This document shows, piece after piece, positions 28,067-37,843 of a DNA stretch of 60,277 nucleotides. Source of the stretch: a virus (Duplodnaviria > Caudoviricetes); IMG/VR virus record IMGVR_UViG_3300045954_000073, positions 1 to 60,277 of that record; one strand, 5' to 3'. The position numbers and the translations under genes are program-made. The notes under the pieces are model-generated. The model had not been told where the DNA came from and did not search any database. It saw nothing but the letters and a program-made list of their open reading frames with translations. The first letter of the stretch is position 1. Every line of letters begins with the position of its first letter.

Positions 28067-29344
28067 GTGCTAAACGGAAAAATATTATCTCCCAAGGTTC
28101 AAGTGCTGGTTAATACTTGGCTTGGTCAAGTACCAGTTAACGATACCAATCCCATTGATTCTTATGTCGAAATGATGAATCACCCCATCTTGGCTGCTGG
28201 GGCTGATTTAAGGATTTTACTTGGTGTGAGCATGATGGAGCCGTACACCCACCCAGATCCAAAAATCCAGGCAGAGGGCAGAGCTTCAGTATCTAATCTA
28301 AAAGGCAGCTTTCTGAATATTTTGGCAGGAATGCTGACTCATATTGTTTTTGGGCGCAGCTGGTCGGAAGTGGCATTTGACATCAAGAAGCGCAAAGCCG
28401 TATTAAAAGCAATTCAAACTCTAGACCCTCGCTATTATCGGTTTGAGGGCGGATTAGGGGAAATCAACACAGTTCACTACTACGGCCATTCGGATATTAA
28501 AATTCCCTACTCTTCAGGTATTCACCTAATTAATCAGCCCTACTTAGCTCTAGGCGGTGATCCATACGGTATTGCTGCCTGTAAACGGGCGTACCCCTAT
28601 TGGGAGCTATTTAAAGTTGTAATGGCTTGTGTAGCCATAGCATCGGAGCGCCAAGCGAATGACTTGCCGGTAGTGAAGACTGACACTAGCGATAATAATG
28701 TGATGATGCCCGATAGTGAGGGCCGCCCGATGATCGATCCTCAAACAGGGGAGCCGCAATTATTTAATCGGGGATACGTCCGGGCTAAACAATTAGAGGA
28801 GTTGAAAAATAATTCCTTCTTAGTGCTCGACATCCTAGACGAAATTGATAGCTTATCAAACAAGACTGATGGTAAATTTTATGCTGATATACTTTCCTTC
28901 CTAGAAAGCATGATGCTGCTGTGCTTTCTTGTTCCCCGCACCACGACCAACACGGGTGGCAACGGCACCGGTGACAGCAACCTCAACTCAGGGCATCGGG
29001 AGATACTACGGTTAGTGACACGCTCTCAAATGTTGGCGGTGGGCGAGGAGCTAGTAGAAAATGTCATGAGGCCAATGCTTACCTTTAACTATGGCGAGCT
29101 TGATGATTATGGCAGTTTTCCAGTCAGCGACGAAGATGGTGAAGATACGATTCAGCTACTGCAAGTCATTGGAAACGTTGTGCAATCTGGCGGATTCAGC
29201 GCCGCTGACCTGCAAGTGGTAAACCGTATGAGGCAATTGGCTCGTATCCCTGTGATCGCTCAAGAAGAATTTATCCCGTCCGAGCCAGTAATAAGCAATG
29301 GCGATCGCAATGCCCGACTCCTAGAAGGTTTTTTTTTGACATAA
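28067..29344 (+). CDS. Portal protein (Mu gp29/DUF935-like)
   Basis: Located after terL; FGRSWSEV, DPYG...RAYPYW, ENVMRPMLTFNYG. Confidence 0.85.
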   Translation: MLNGKILSPKVQVLVNTWLGQVPVNDTNPIDSYVEMMNHPILAAGADLRILLGVSMMEPYTHPDPKIQAEGRASVSNLKGSFLNILAGMLTHIVFGRSWSEVAFDIKKRKAVLKAIQTLDPRYYRFEGGLGEINTVHYYGHSDIKIPYSSGIHLINQPYLALGGDPYGIAACKRAYPYWELFKVVMACVAIASERQANDLPVVKTDTSDNNVMMPDSEGRPMIDPQTGEPQLFNRGYVRAKQLEELKNNSFLVLDILDEIDSLSNKTDGKFYADILSFLESMMLLCFLVPRTTTNTGGNGTGDSNLNSGHREILRLVTRSQMLAVGEELVENVMRPMLTFNYGELDDYGSFPVSDEDGEDTIQLLQVIGNVVQSGGFSAADLQVVNRMRQLARIPVIAQEEFIPSEPVISNGDRNARLLEGFFLT

Positions 29345-29442
29345 AAGCCAATGAACCATTAACTTTCACTTGGAACCGAGAATCGCAGCGTTATCATTAC
29401 GCATCTGGAAGGCAGAAGGGGCGGTTTGTTAGTGACGCCAAA

Positions 29443-29991
29443 GTGAAGGAAATAGTTGTCAAAGCTATTGACCGGCAGAAAAGTGCAAGTAAGGGTATAA
29501 CGGATAATCTTTTAACCAAGGACATTTCTGTTGCTGAATGGGAGAGGCAAACTGCTGGTGTGCTGCGTAATTTGTCAATTTGGCAATATTCTCTAGGTGT
29601 CGGCGGCATCAAGCAGATGGATTGGAAAGATTACGCCATCATTACTGGTGAATTAAATTTTCAATTTCAACATCTGCGAAACTTCTCAAAGGATATATTG
29701 TCTGGCACACTTACAGAAGCCCAGATTCGCGCTCGTACCCAACTTTATCTAAATCGCTCTCGTAATCTTTACGAGCGGGGCAGATTGGAGGGCCACCGCC
29801 GTAATGGGTATTTGTGGGAAAGAAGAGTTTTGGCGACGGTTGAGAACTGTGCAGATTGCATTGGCTATGCTAGCTCTGGATGGCTGCCTATTGGTACTTT
29901 GCCAAGTCCTGGCGATAGATGTCAATGCAGAGCTAATTGCAAGTGTACTAAGTATTATTCAAATTCAATTTCAATCAGTAGACCTAAGTGA
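29443..29991 (+). CDS. Head morphogenesis / minor capsid protein; frame is open upstream to the portal end
   Basis: WERRVL...ENCADC...LPSPG..CQCRANCKC. Confidence 0.75.
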   Translation: MKEIVVKAIDRQKSASKGITDNLLTKDISVAEWERQTAGVLRNLSIWQYSLGVGGIKQMDWKDYAIITGELNFQFQHLRNFSKDILSGTLTEAQIRARTQLYLNRSRNLYERGRLEGHRRNGYLWERRVLATVENCADCIGYASSGWLPIGTLPSPGDRCQCRANCKCTKYYSNSISISRPK

Positions 29992-30127
29992 TGGGTGCGA
30001 TCGCTTTTAGTTTCTGGTGAATTTCAGGATTTTTTCTGATTCCGCATTAAGCAAAATAAAAGAAAGAGCTTGCATTCTTAAGTGGTGCAAGCTCCTCTAA
30101 ATTTTGACAAATACTAAAAATTCACAC

Positions 30128-30481
30128 TTACGGAAGGTAACAAATTTCCATTGATTCCTTGTTTAGCTTTTCGATAAATGAGTTTATCACTGGAGTGGCA
30201 TTCATTTCATGTTGAGTTAACTGTAGCCAAGTCTCTGCGGACTCTTCGTGCATGAGCGGATAAAGATATTTAGTATTATTATTTATTTCGGTCAATTTAA
30301 AGCTTTTCTTGTCTAATTCGTGTCCAAAAGTAGATCAAGCCTTATCTTTGTACAGACTTGGAAAATCCCATAAATGATGGGCAACGGCTACAACCTCAGT
30401 AAAAGAACCGCTGACCATAGAATTGGTTACTTTGCTAAGAACCCATATCCCGATCTTGATTTCTTGCTTTATAATGTTCAT
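30128..30481 (-). pseudogene. 118-codon ORF with in-frame TGA at codon 49
   Basis: AGGAG SD, MNIIKQEIK...KDKA*STFGHE...CYLP*. Confidence 0.55.
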
Positions 30482-30624
30482 GTGCGCTCCTTTCTAGCGT
30501 ACCTCCAGGGGTAGGAATAGGTGTTAGAGCACCGCCTACGCGCCTGGAATTTATATTATTATACCTTAAAGACTTTGTTTGGATATGAGATTATCCTGAC
30601 TAGTAAATATTAAATTTTAATACT

Positions 30625-31041
30625 ATGTCAAAACAAGAAGAGATAAAATCAACTTTGCGCCATTTCAAATTTATTGCTGGGGATAATATATCTCGAACGG
30701 AGTTGCCACTTATTGTTAGATTTATTGACATTCGATCGCGCAAAATTGAACTTTTGGGGATAAGAGAATATCACGCTGTTATTAGCCCAAAATACAGAAA
30801 GTCGGAGATTATAGAGTTTTTCTGTAATCTTAAGCCATTTGAAAGGCAAAAATTGTTGATAAACTGCCCAGATATGATTGTGGCGTTACCTAGTGACTGC
30901 AAACTTCTTGGGGTAGCAAGACCTGCCGCGATCGCCAAGCGTTCTGGTAATTTCTCAGGCAAGACAGTGGAATATGATGTTTTCTCTATTGTCTCAGTTC
31001 TTGAACTTACGGCAAGCTTGAATATACTATCCACCTCATGA
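30625..31041 (+). CDS. Hypothetical protein (moron)
   Basis: 138-aa ORF; its stop lies within a palindrome copy. Confidence 0.55.
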   Translation: MSKQEEIKSTLRHFKFIAGDNISRTELPLIVRFIDIRSRKIELLGIREYHAVISPKYRKSEIIEFFCNLKPFERQKLLINCPDMIVALPSDCKLLGVARPAAIAKRSGNFSGKTVEYDVFSIVSVLELTASLNILSTS

Positions 31042-31057
31042 GGAAATCGTCAGGATG
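31034..31057. repeat. Dispersed palindrome, degenerate copy
   Basis: CCTCATGAGGAAATCGTCAGGATG. Confidence 0.55.
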
Positions 31058-31234
31058 TCAAACACTTTTCAGCCAGATGAAGAAGAATTGCCCCCACTAT
31101 CAAGTTTGTCCAGCAGTGTTGATGAACAAGTCGTTAATGATGCGGTTGAGGCTTTTAAGCTGAATCCGCCTTTAGCTAACTTCCAAAACTTGCTGCAAGC
31201 TGAGGATGAAGGTGCTGTAGAGAGTTCTGGCTAA
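31055..31234 (+). CDS. Acidic 59-aa protein (not in ORF track)
   Basis: MSNTFQPDEEELPPLSS...AEDEGAVESSG*. Confidence 0.55.
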   Translation: MSNTFQPDEEELPPLSSLSSSVDEQVVNDAVEAFKLNPPLANFQNLLQAEDEGAVESSG

Positions 31235-31370
31235 ATTGCAAATTTTTGACAAGCAAAAAATAGCCCCCTGATTCAAACAGAGAGCTATATTTTCAAAATT
31301 CTAATCTCAACTGTATGTAGGGCATAGATGCTGTCATGTAAAGATCCTAGTAAATAAATATCACCCAATA

Positions 31371-31400
31371 AAAAACCGCCTATTTCCCCTTAGGCGGTTT
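31371..31400. terminator. Bidirectional terminator
   Basis: AAACCGCCTA...TAGGCGGTTT between convergent genes. Confidence 0.7.
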
Positions 31401-31494
31401 AATTATTTCATGGTGTGTTGTGGTATTGCTGCTGCTTGACTGGTAATAGAAATTCAATATAATGTAGCCCTGAGAATTAGTATATATCCTCAAA

Positions 31495-31842
31495 TTACAA
31501 TTGACAAGTATTATTTTGAGCAAGTTTTTCAGCAGCTTCTCGCATTATTTTTGTTGCCTTTAGTCCCCTGTCTTGAAGCCTTTTGTAAGAGCCTGAAGGC
31601 AGCACTTGATCAACGCGGTCTTCTAGGAAATCAAAACAGTGTTTAAGGCAGAGATTAAACTGAATTGCAAGAATAGCCACGTCCATCACTACTATTTTCC
31701 CTTGTTCTAATTTAATTCGTCGTGCCTCTGTCGTAAGTTTTGGCCCGATCGCGTAGTAAGTTTTTCTATGTATTCTCCAGAATTCCTGTCCTCTAGCAGT
31801 TTTAAGAGATTCAGTCAGGGCTTTTTCTTCTTCGGTTAGCAT
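31495..31842 (-). CDS. Hypothetical protein
   Basis: 115-aa ATG ORF. Confidence 0.6.
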   Translation of the reverse strand: MLTEEEKALTESLKTARGQEFWRIHRKTYYAIGPKLTTEARRIKLEQGKIVVMDVAILAIQFNLCLKHCFDFLEDRVDQVLPSGSYKRLQDRGLKATKIMREAAEKLAQNNTCQL

Positions 31843-31864
31843 AGGTTTAATTCCTGATAATGTG

Positions 31865-31889
31865 GCTTCATGATGAAATCAGCAGAAGC
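31865..31889. repeat. Dispersed palindrome, degenerate copy
   Basis: GCTTCATGATGAAATCAGCAGAAGC. Confidence 0.65.
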
Positions 31890-31980
31890 AATCTTTGAGA
31901 TATTTCCGTGATAAAAATCACGAGGGATATGATTTATGTGTTCCAGTTAATTTTCCATTTCCATCCCCAGCTATTGCGAC

Positions 31981-32319
31981 TCACTTAGGCATCAAATAGC
32001 TAACATCTACACCTAGCCCTTGAGCGATCGCCGCTATTTCATCAATCGCGATAGAGCTTCTTCTTTCCTTGGAGTACCAAAATTGCTCTATTGCAGCTAA
32101 CACTTGCGTTGTTATGTTGATTTTAGCAGACAGTTCTTTTCGGGAAACGCCCAATCTTTCTCGCAACATATAAATATGCAAACTAACTTTTTCGTCAAAT
32201 GTCAAATTTTCATAGACGTTCGGGTTAGTTAAAGGAATGTAATTTAGCATTTCTACAAATTCTGAGTGATTGTGGCAATTTTCGCATAAATTAGCATTTG
32301 CTACAACTGCAAATTTCAA
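31981..32319 (-). CDS. XRE-family HTH regulator
   Basis: LRERLGVSRKELSAKINITTQVLAAIE...IAQGLGVDVSYL. Confidence 0.82.
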   Translation of the reverse strand: MKFAVVANANLCENCHNHSEFVEMLNYIPLTNPNVYENLTFDEKVSLHIYMLRERLGVSRKELSAKINITTQVLAAIEQFWYSKERRSSIAIDEIAAIAQGLGVDVSYLMPK

Positions 32320-32367
32320 AGCAAGAAATATTGATTTACTTTAGTATTAATACCAAAGCACTGCTAT

Positions 32368-33465
32368 ATGTTGACGCGATTATTAAGCACAAAGGAAGCA
32401 CAAATAAATCGTGATGAAAGAACAGTAACTTTCCCTTTCTCATCGCGCCGTCCGGTGGTGAGATGGGCTTGGTATGAAAACGAATACCCAGAGGGTACAA
32501 GCAGGCAATTTGAAGAGATTTTGTCTCACCAAACTTCCGCATGGAATCTTGAGCGCGTCACTCAAAATGTTTGCCCCCACCTTAAAAATCATGACCGCAA
32601 TCAAAAGTTAGGGCAGGTCAAAAGTTGTATTTTTGACGGTGAACGGGGGTTCGCCACAAGTAAATTAAGGCAAACTCCAGAAGCTGACCAGTTCTTAACT
32701 GATTTGGAAGATGGTACAGCAGGTGGCATCAGCTTTGGCTATTCCGTTAATCAATATCGTGTCGTCTCTCCGGCTGAGTACGAGTACGACGATGAGGGAT
32801 ACAGAAAAGTCAAAAAAATGGCAGTTTTAGAAGCCACTGACATTGAGTTATATGAGATTTCCTCTGAAGAAATACCCGCAGATCCTACAGTTGGATTTGG
32901 TAAATCTTCGGAAGAAAAAATAAATTTACGTACTATTACCATTGAGGGCGATCCAAATTTTGATTTTAAACTTGACAATATGAATGAACTAGAAAAAACT
33001 AAAGCTGACTTATCGGATTTGCAGACTAAATACCAAGTTTTGGAATCTGAAAATAAAAAATTGCTTGGTCATGTGACGGAGTTAAATGAAGGGATTGCAA
33101 CTAGGGATAGCAAAATTCAATTCCTAGAAGCACAGAGTAAAGTTACTAGCGAATATTTTAGGCTTAGGCAGGCAGCTGGTGATTTAGTGTCTGAAGCTAA
33201 ATTATCTGGCGCTGAATATGATGATCTGTTTAGCGATGACGCCAATGCAGACATTAAGCGATCACTCAATGAACCTGGAAGATTAGGCAATATCAGTTTC
33301 TATTTGGAAAGAGCAGGGAAGCGATCGCCCCAACTCAATCTGAAACAAGTATTGAAAAATGAGCCATTGCCTGAACCTCCGGGTTTGCCCCAGAACCCTC
33401 AGCAAGTCCAGGAAGATGCTGAAAATCTGGTTGGATATGCCCGTAATCAAACTATCTATATGTAA
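32368..33465 (+). CDS. Prohead protease (HK97-like) with scaffold-like C-terminus
   Basis: LKNHD, GISFGY, LYEIS...PADPTVG; coiled-coil C-terminal half. Confidence 0.88.
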   Translation: MLTRLLSTKEAQINRDERTVTFPFSSRRPVVRWAWYENEYPEGTSRQFEEILSHQTSAWNLERVTQNVCPHLKNHDRNQKLGQVKSCIFDGERGFATSKLRQTPEADQFLTDLEDGTAGGISFGYSVNQYRVVSPAEYEYDDEGYRKVKKMAVLEATDIELYEISSEEIPADPTVGFGKSSEEKINLRTITIEGDPNFDFKLDNMNELEKTKADLSDLQTKYQVLESENKKLLGHVTELNEGIATRDSKIQFLEAQSKVTSEYFRLRQAAGDLVSEAKLSGAEYDDLFSDDANADIKRSLNEPGRLGNISFYLERAGKRSPQLNLKQVLKNEPLPEPPGLPQNPQQVQEDAENLVGYARNQTIYM

Positions 33466-33467
33466 TT

Positions 33468-34406
33468 ATGCTTCACGAAGTTTATAGTTACGACGACGAA
33501 TTAGAGGGGTTTGTCCCTGTACTGGCTAGAGCTTGCAGTGAAGGTGGTGCGATATATGCTCAACTAGACCCTGCTTACGCCACAGGCAAGGAAGGCGCGA
33601 TTAGAAAAAGCGTAAAAATATTTGCGCCTGGGTTCTTTGCTGGCGCAATCCCAGGTAGTAACAAAGAAAGAATTCTACCTCGCACCTACACCACTGCTGC
33701 GGTAGCCGCTAATGCTACAAGCGTTTTGGTTAAGAAAAACCACTCAGGAATCTTTGTCGCTGGTGGAACGCTTTCAATCATCCTTCCTTCGGGGCGCGTT
33801 AATATTGCTTCTAGTAGTGCCGGATGGGCTGCTGCTGATACTGTTACGATAGCGATCGCTGGTGTTTCCGTTTCTTATGCCGTAATTAGCGCCGACGTTG
33901 GTGGAACTTTAGCGGCCACCAACCAAAACGTGGCTAACAAAGTATTAGCAGCTATCAAAGCCAACCCTTACCTAAGAAGCAAGGTAGACGGTTTAACCGT
34001 TCTAGGTGCGACCAATTCTGTAGATATTGTGTTCTGGAGTATCGACCCTGCACTATCCTTGCACTCTCTCAGCGCCTCCGATACCGCTGCTAACGGTACG
34101 GTAACAGCTTCTGGATCTGCTTTTGTGCCAAATACAACGATTGGGACTATCTCAGTAGTCAATACTGCCAACGACACTCTGACTATAAGTGCCGCCGCCA
34201 TCTCTGTACCCGCAGGGATGCCTATCGGGGTAGCTACAAGTTCCCCTGCTAACTTGGGAATGCTTTCGCCTACGCAGCCAATTGATTTGCTATACCGCGA
34301 ATCTCAGAACTATGCACTGTACACAGAAGCTTATGTGTATCGTGAAAGGCTGCCGTACTGGGATGCGGAATTGCAAGGACTTTTCCCCGAAATTGTTTTA
34401 GTGTGA
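33468..34406 (+). CDS. Putative head decoration protein
   Basis: Between protease and capsid; Ala/Ser/Thr/Val-rich. Confidence 0.65.
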   Translation: MLHEVYSYDDELEGFVPVLARACSEGGAIYAQLDPAYATGKEGAIRKSVKIFAPGFFAGAIPGSNKERILPRTYTTAAVAANATSVLVKKNHSGIFVAGGTLSIILPSGRVNIASSSAGWAAADTVTIAIAGVSVSYAVISADVGGTLAATNQNVANKVLAAIKANPYLRSKVDGLTVLGATNSVDIVFWSIDPALSLHSLSASDTAANGTVTASGSAFVPNTTIGTISVVNTANDTLTISAAAISVPAGMPIGVATSSPANLGMLSPTQPIDLLYRESQNYALYTEAYVYRERLPYWDAELQGLFPEIVLV

Positions 34407-34416
34407 GGTTAAATAA

Positions 34417-35592
34417 ATGCCAAGCGTTATTGAATTGATTAATGCGAATTTGCCACGGATTAACAAATCCGTAGACCTCACATTAAGTACAGTTTCTTCT
34501 ACTGGAGAAATCTATGTCGATGGTTTACCAGATCCGGCACTGAATCGCTTTTTCCCAATCGTCAACTACCCAGATCCAAAGTTGGCGATGCTCAAGTTCA
34601 AGAGTTCAAAGCCGACATTAGCTTACATTGTGGCTACGGATGGGACAGTACCTGCCGACACAGAACGACTGCAATTAACTCAAGAGTTGTTTGGTAACTT
34701 CAAGCTTGCCAAGGGCTATTTAGTTACCGAAGCTGATATGGAAGTGATGCGGGAAGTTGACATGATGGCTGCTACTGGGCAGGAATTAGCAGCCGAGCAG
34801 ATAAGAATGCACTACTTAGCAATGCCTGCAAGTCTGTCTCAAGGGTGCATCAATTTGCATACTATGTTAACCCTGCGGACTGCTTGTGCGGGGCGATGTT
34901 ACTATTACGACGAAACCACCAAGATTCCTGCTGATCTTAGCTATGTAGCACAAATTCCAAATGGCAATTTAGCTGCTGCATTGACGGGGAACAGTAGATG
35001 GTCGCAGTGGGCAACTGCCAATGGTATCAATGATATTGTGGCTCATATGCAAGTCGTGTACGACAATATCAAGCGTTTTCCGCCATTTATTGTTATGTCT
35101 CGGACTGAGGCTAACAACCTCAGAAATCAGGCTAGCACTAAAGAAGTTGTTTATCGCGCCAAAGGTATTATTACTGAAGTTGGTACACCGAATGCTGCGG
35201 CAATCGCCGCTTTGACTCCCCCATCTTTAACAGATATTGCGGATGTAATTGGTCAAAGGCTCTTAGCCGGTGGAGGACAAAACGGCTCAGTACAAATTAT
35301 TGTCACCGATGCGGTTTACTATGTGCGTAGTGCAGGTGGTATCACGCAAGCCTATCCTTACCTACCCGCAGGCTACTATATCTTTGCGTGGGATAACTAT
35401 ATTGAACGGGCGATCGTTCCCACCGCATCAAATAACTTTGCCGGTGGGCTAAGTGTGAAGGCTAGGGTAACTGATGATGAGCCACCACAAGAGCGTATTA
35501 CTGTCGCTGGTCGTGGTTTTCCTCTCGCTCCTGACGCCCGGCTAATCGCCGCCAGAAACGTAGAGGATTCAGCGATTATTCTACCAGTGTAG
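34417..35592 (+). CDS. Major capsid protein (lambda gpE-like)
   Basis: 391 aa, synteny, LNRFFP, W...ANGINDI, C-terminal RGFP. Confidence 0.82.
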   Translation: MPSVIELINANLPRINKSVDLTLSTVSSTGEIYVDGLPDPALNRFFPIVNYPDPKLAMLKFKSSKPTLAYIVATDGTVPADTERLQLTQELFGNFKLAKGYLVTEADMEVMREVDMMAATGQELAAEQIRMHYLAMPASLSQGCINLHTMLTLRTACAGRCYYYDETTKIPADLSYVAQIPNGNLAAALTGNSRWSQWATANGINDIVAHMQVVYDNIKRFPPFIVMSRTEANNLRNQASTKEVVYRAKGIITEVGTPNAAAIAALTPPSLTDIADVIGQRLLAGGGQNGSVQIIVTDAVYYVRSAGGITQAYPYLPAGYYIFAWDNYIERAIVPTASNNFAGGLSVKARVTDDEPPQERITVAGRGFPLAPDARLIAARNVEDSAIILPV

Positions 35593-36018
35593 TTACCACT
35601 TAATGATATTTTTGCCTCGTTGACCAATAAACGATGTCCCTTTAGCAGTTGATGGTGGTTCGGGTGCTACGTTAGTAGCAATTTTCAAAAGTCTTTGATA
35701 TTCCTTACCATAGCTGGTTAAGGAATACGAAGAACTCTCGGAAGAAACTGACTGAAATTTAACCCTGTACCCATCATCCTTGGTTTCAAATTCCTGCAAT
35801 GTTCCCGTTGGATAGCTTACGCTTTGACTTTCTTGAGTGATGTTTGTAGGAGGAGACAAAGCAATTTTATGAGCCATCAAAGCCGCCCATGCAGCACTCT
35901 CTAAGACACCCCATTTATACAGGCTAATTTCTCCATCAACATCTGACTTGAAAGCATTGAATCTATCTTCTTGGTTCTCAAATTCTGGATATTTAGCTGT
36001 AAATTCTTGAAAATTCAT
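35593..36018 (-). CDS. Head-tail adaptor (DUF4054-like), inverted relative to the operon
   Basis: FQEFTAKYPEF...ALMAHKIAL...LTSYGKEYQRL. Confidence 0.78.
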   Translation of the reverse strand: MNFQEFTAKYPEFENQEDRFNAFKSDVDGEISLYKWGVLESAAWAALMAHKIALSPPTNITQESQSVSYPTGTLQEFETKDDGYRVKFQSVSSESSSYSLTSYGKEYQRLLKIATNVAPEPPSTAKGTSFIGQRGKNIIKW

Positions 36019-36457
36019 GATTGATTCCTACATCGCTTCTACTATCAATTGTATTCCCCAACCTTATTTTGGAAAGCCGAATTTGATTTTGACTTTCAAA
36101 ATAGGTAATGGAGAATTTGTAGAAGATGAAGCAGGAAATCCAGTTGAAATCACTCAAGATTTAATAGTTAAAGCCAGTGTTCGAGTCGATAAAGAGCTTA
36201 AAGATTTTAAAATCGATGGTCAAATAGGATCTGTTGATATTTTATTAATTGGTCGATGCGTAGAGCCTAAGCTTTTACCAAATTCTATTGACTTTGAAAA
36301 GCCTGCCGACGCTATCTTGATTGACCATGCAGTAAGTGGACAAGAAATAACGGGAGTATTTCGCTTTACTCCGACTATCCAGCACCGATCACCCCTATTG
36401 GTCAAAGCTTTGGGAATGAAAATTGAAGGCAAATTTAACACTACGGCACGGACATGA
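36017..36457 (+). CDS. Putative head closure protein
   Basis: Synteny; EDEAGNPVE motif. Confidence 0.6.
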   Translation: MIDSYIASTINCIPQPYFGKPNLILTFKIGNGEFVEDEAGNPVEITQDLIVKASVRVDKELKDFKIDGQIGSVDILLIGRCVEPKLLPNSIDFEKPADAILIDHAVSGQEITGVFRFTPTIQHRSPLLVKALGMKIEGKFNTTART

Positions 36458-36744
36458 CCCAAAGAGTTATTTTTTCGGCTCCGCTACCTATTTCTGTTAC
36501 TCCGGTCACAATTCAAGCTGGAGGAAATTTTAGCCAGTTTCCTGACCTAAAGGCGATCGCTATTGACCTGATCAATACTTCTTCTTCTGATATTGAATAT
36601 TCTCGCGTTGAGTTTGATATTTATATCCCAATTCCAGCAGGTGGCAATCGCATGATTACAGGTATTAAAAATGCAAATGAAATTAGCATTCGCAGAATTG
36701 ATCAAGGGAATTCAGTAACAATATACGCAGAGGTATTTGAATGA
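36454..36744 (+). CDS. Hypothetical virion-region protein
   Basis: ATGA overlaps at both ends. Confidence 0.65.
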   Translation: MTQRVIFSAPLPISVTPVTIQAGGNFSQFPDLKAIAIDLINTSSSDIEYSRVEFDIYIPIPAGGNRMITGIKNANEISIRRIDQGNSVTIYAEVFE

Positions 36745-37544
36745 GTTTTTCCGGATCTAATCGTTCTGGCTCAGGCGGTGATAGTAGTGGCAATGATGCA
36801 ATTGGTGCGAAAACTGACCCAGCAGCGAACTCTGACACTGCCGATACGGGCTTAATCAGTCTGATTAAGCGATTGCTAACAAAAATTCCGGCATTAATCA
36901 ATAACAGATTGCCTGTTAATTTGCCCACAGGAGCAAATACTGCTAGTAACTCAACGCCAGTAACTTTATCTAGCGACGGCACATTTACTCAAAATTTTGG
37001 TCTTACTACTGATCCATCAGCAACTTCCGATAGCGGAAATTTTGGATTCATCAGCCTTTTTAAAAGACTACTAGAAAGACTAACGTTTCTGCTAGCGCAA
37101 ATAGTTTTAAGTGATACAATCTCGCGCACCAGTACTGTTTTGCATACCGCATCAGTAGCTCTTTTAGATAATGGCACTAATCTTGTTCGCGCTAGATCCG
37201 CTGTCGGATCTAGCGAAGGGTTGGGCCGCCAAAAAGTGGCTATTGGTACTTTTGCTTACAATTGTTTATTTTTCAGTAGCGGAACTTCTAGTCTTATAAG
37301 CCTAGATAGCTGCTATTCCAAATTCGGAATGCAGTTGAGTATTACATCAGGGTCTTTAAGTACTGTCAGTTATGAATTACAAGGATCAATGGACGGAACA
37401 AAGTGGTCTTCTCTTGTAAACTCGTCTGCAACTGCTGACGGGAATATTGTCTTCGCTACAGATAAACCTGTTCTTTATTTTAGGGTGGCGGTATCAATGA
37501 GTGGCGCTTCACCCAACTTAGCAATTAGGATTTGTGCATGCTAA
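36741..37544 (+). CDS. Hypothetical virion protein with internal repeat
   Basis: G..TDP.A.SD....G.ISL.KRLL occurs twice. Confidence 0.7.
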   Translation: MSFSGSNRSGSGGDSSGNDAIGAKTDPAANSDTADTGLISLIKRLLTKIPALINNRLPVNLPTGANTASNSTPVTLSSDGTFTQNFGLTTDPSATSDSGNFGFISLFKRLLERLTFLLAQIVLSDTISRTSTVLHTASVALLDNGTNLVRARSAVGSSEGLGRQKVAIGTFAYNCLFFSSGTSSLISLDSCYSKFGMQLSITSGSLSTVSYELQGSMDGTKWSSLVNSSATADGNIVFATDKPVLYFRVAVSMSGASPNLAIRICAC

Positions 37545-37837
37545 AGAAAGATTTTAAACCACAAGACGGTTACACTCAACCTTGTCCGCATTGCGGTGCT
37601 GTATTTCAGGTTCCTTTAGTGAATGAGGATGGGTATGTATATTTATACAGCATCCCAAGTTTTTCGGTGAGGGAAAGGGATCAGCAAGCAGAACAAGGGG
37701 AACTTGTTGCTCATCAACAGATTTGCACTGCAGAAAATCCTTTTATTAATGACCCAAATGCCTTTTACTTCCAAAAAGACGGCAATGGACAATTTATCGA
37801 ACCAGTAAGTTGTTACACCGAGGTTTGCGAATATTAA
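37538..37837 (+). CDS. Hypothetical CxxC protein
   Basis: CPHCG; overlaps the upstream stop. Confidence 0.6.
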   Translation: MLKKDFKPQDGYTQPCPHCGAVFQVPLVNEDGYVYLYSIPSFSVRERDQQAEQGELVAHQQICTAENPFINDPNAFYFQKDGNGQFIEPVSCYTEVCEY

Positions 37838-37843
37838 ATATTC

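Noticed and set aside
3996-30337. Stop-codon reassignment suggested by in-frame stops at 3996, 24051 and 30335
   Set aside because: Both TAG and TGA are involved, many intact genes end in TAG or TGA, and neighbours show deletions and frameshifts; ordinary decay
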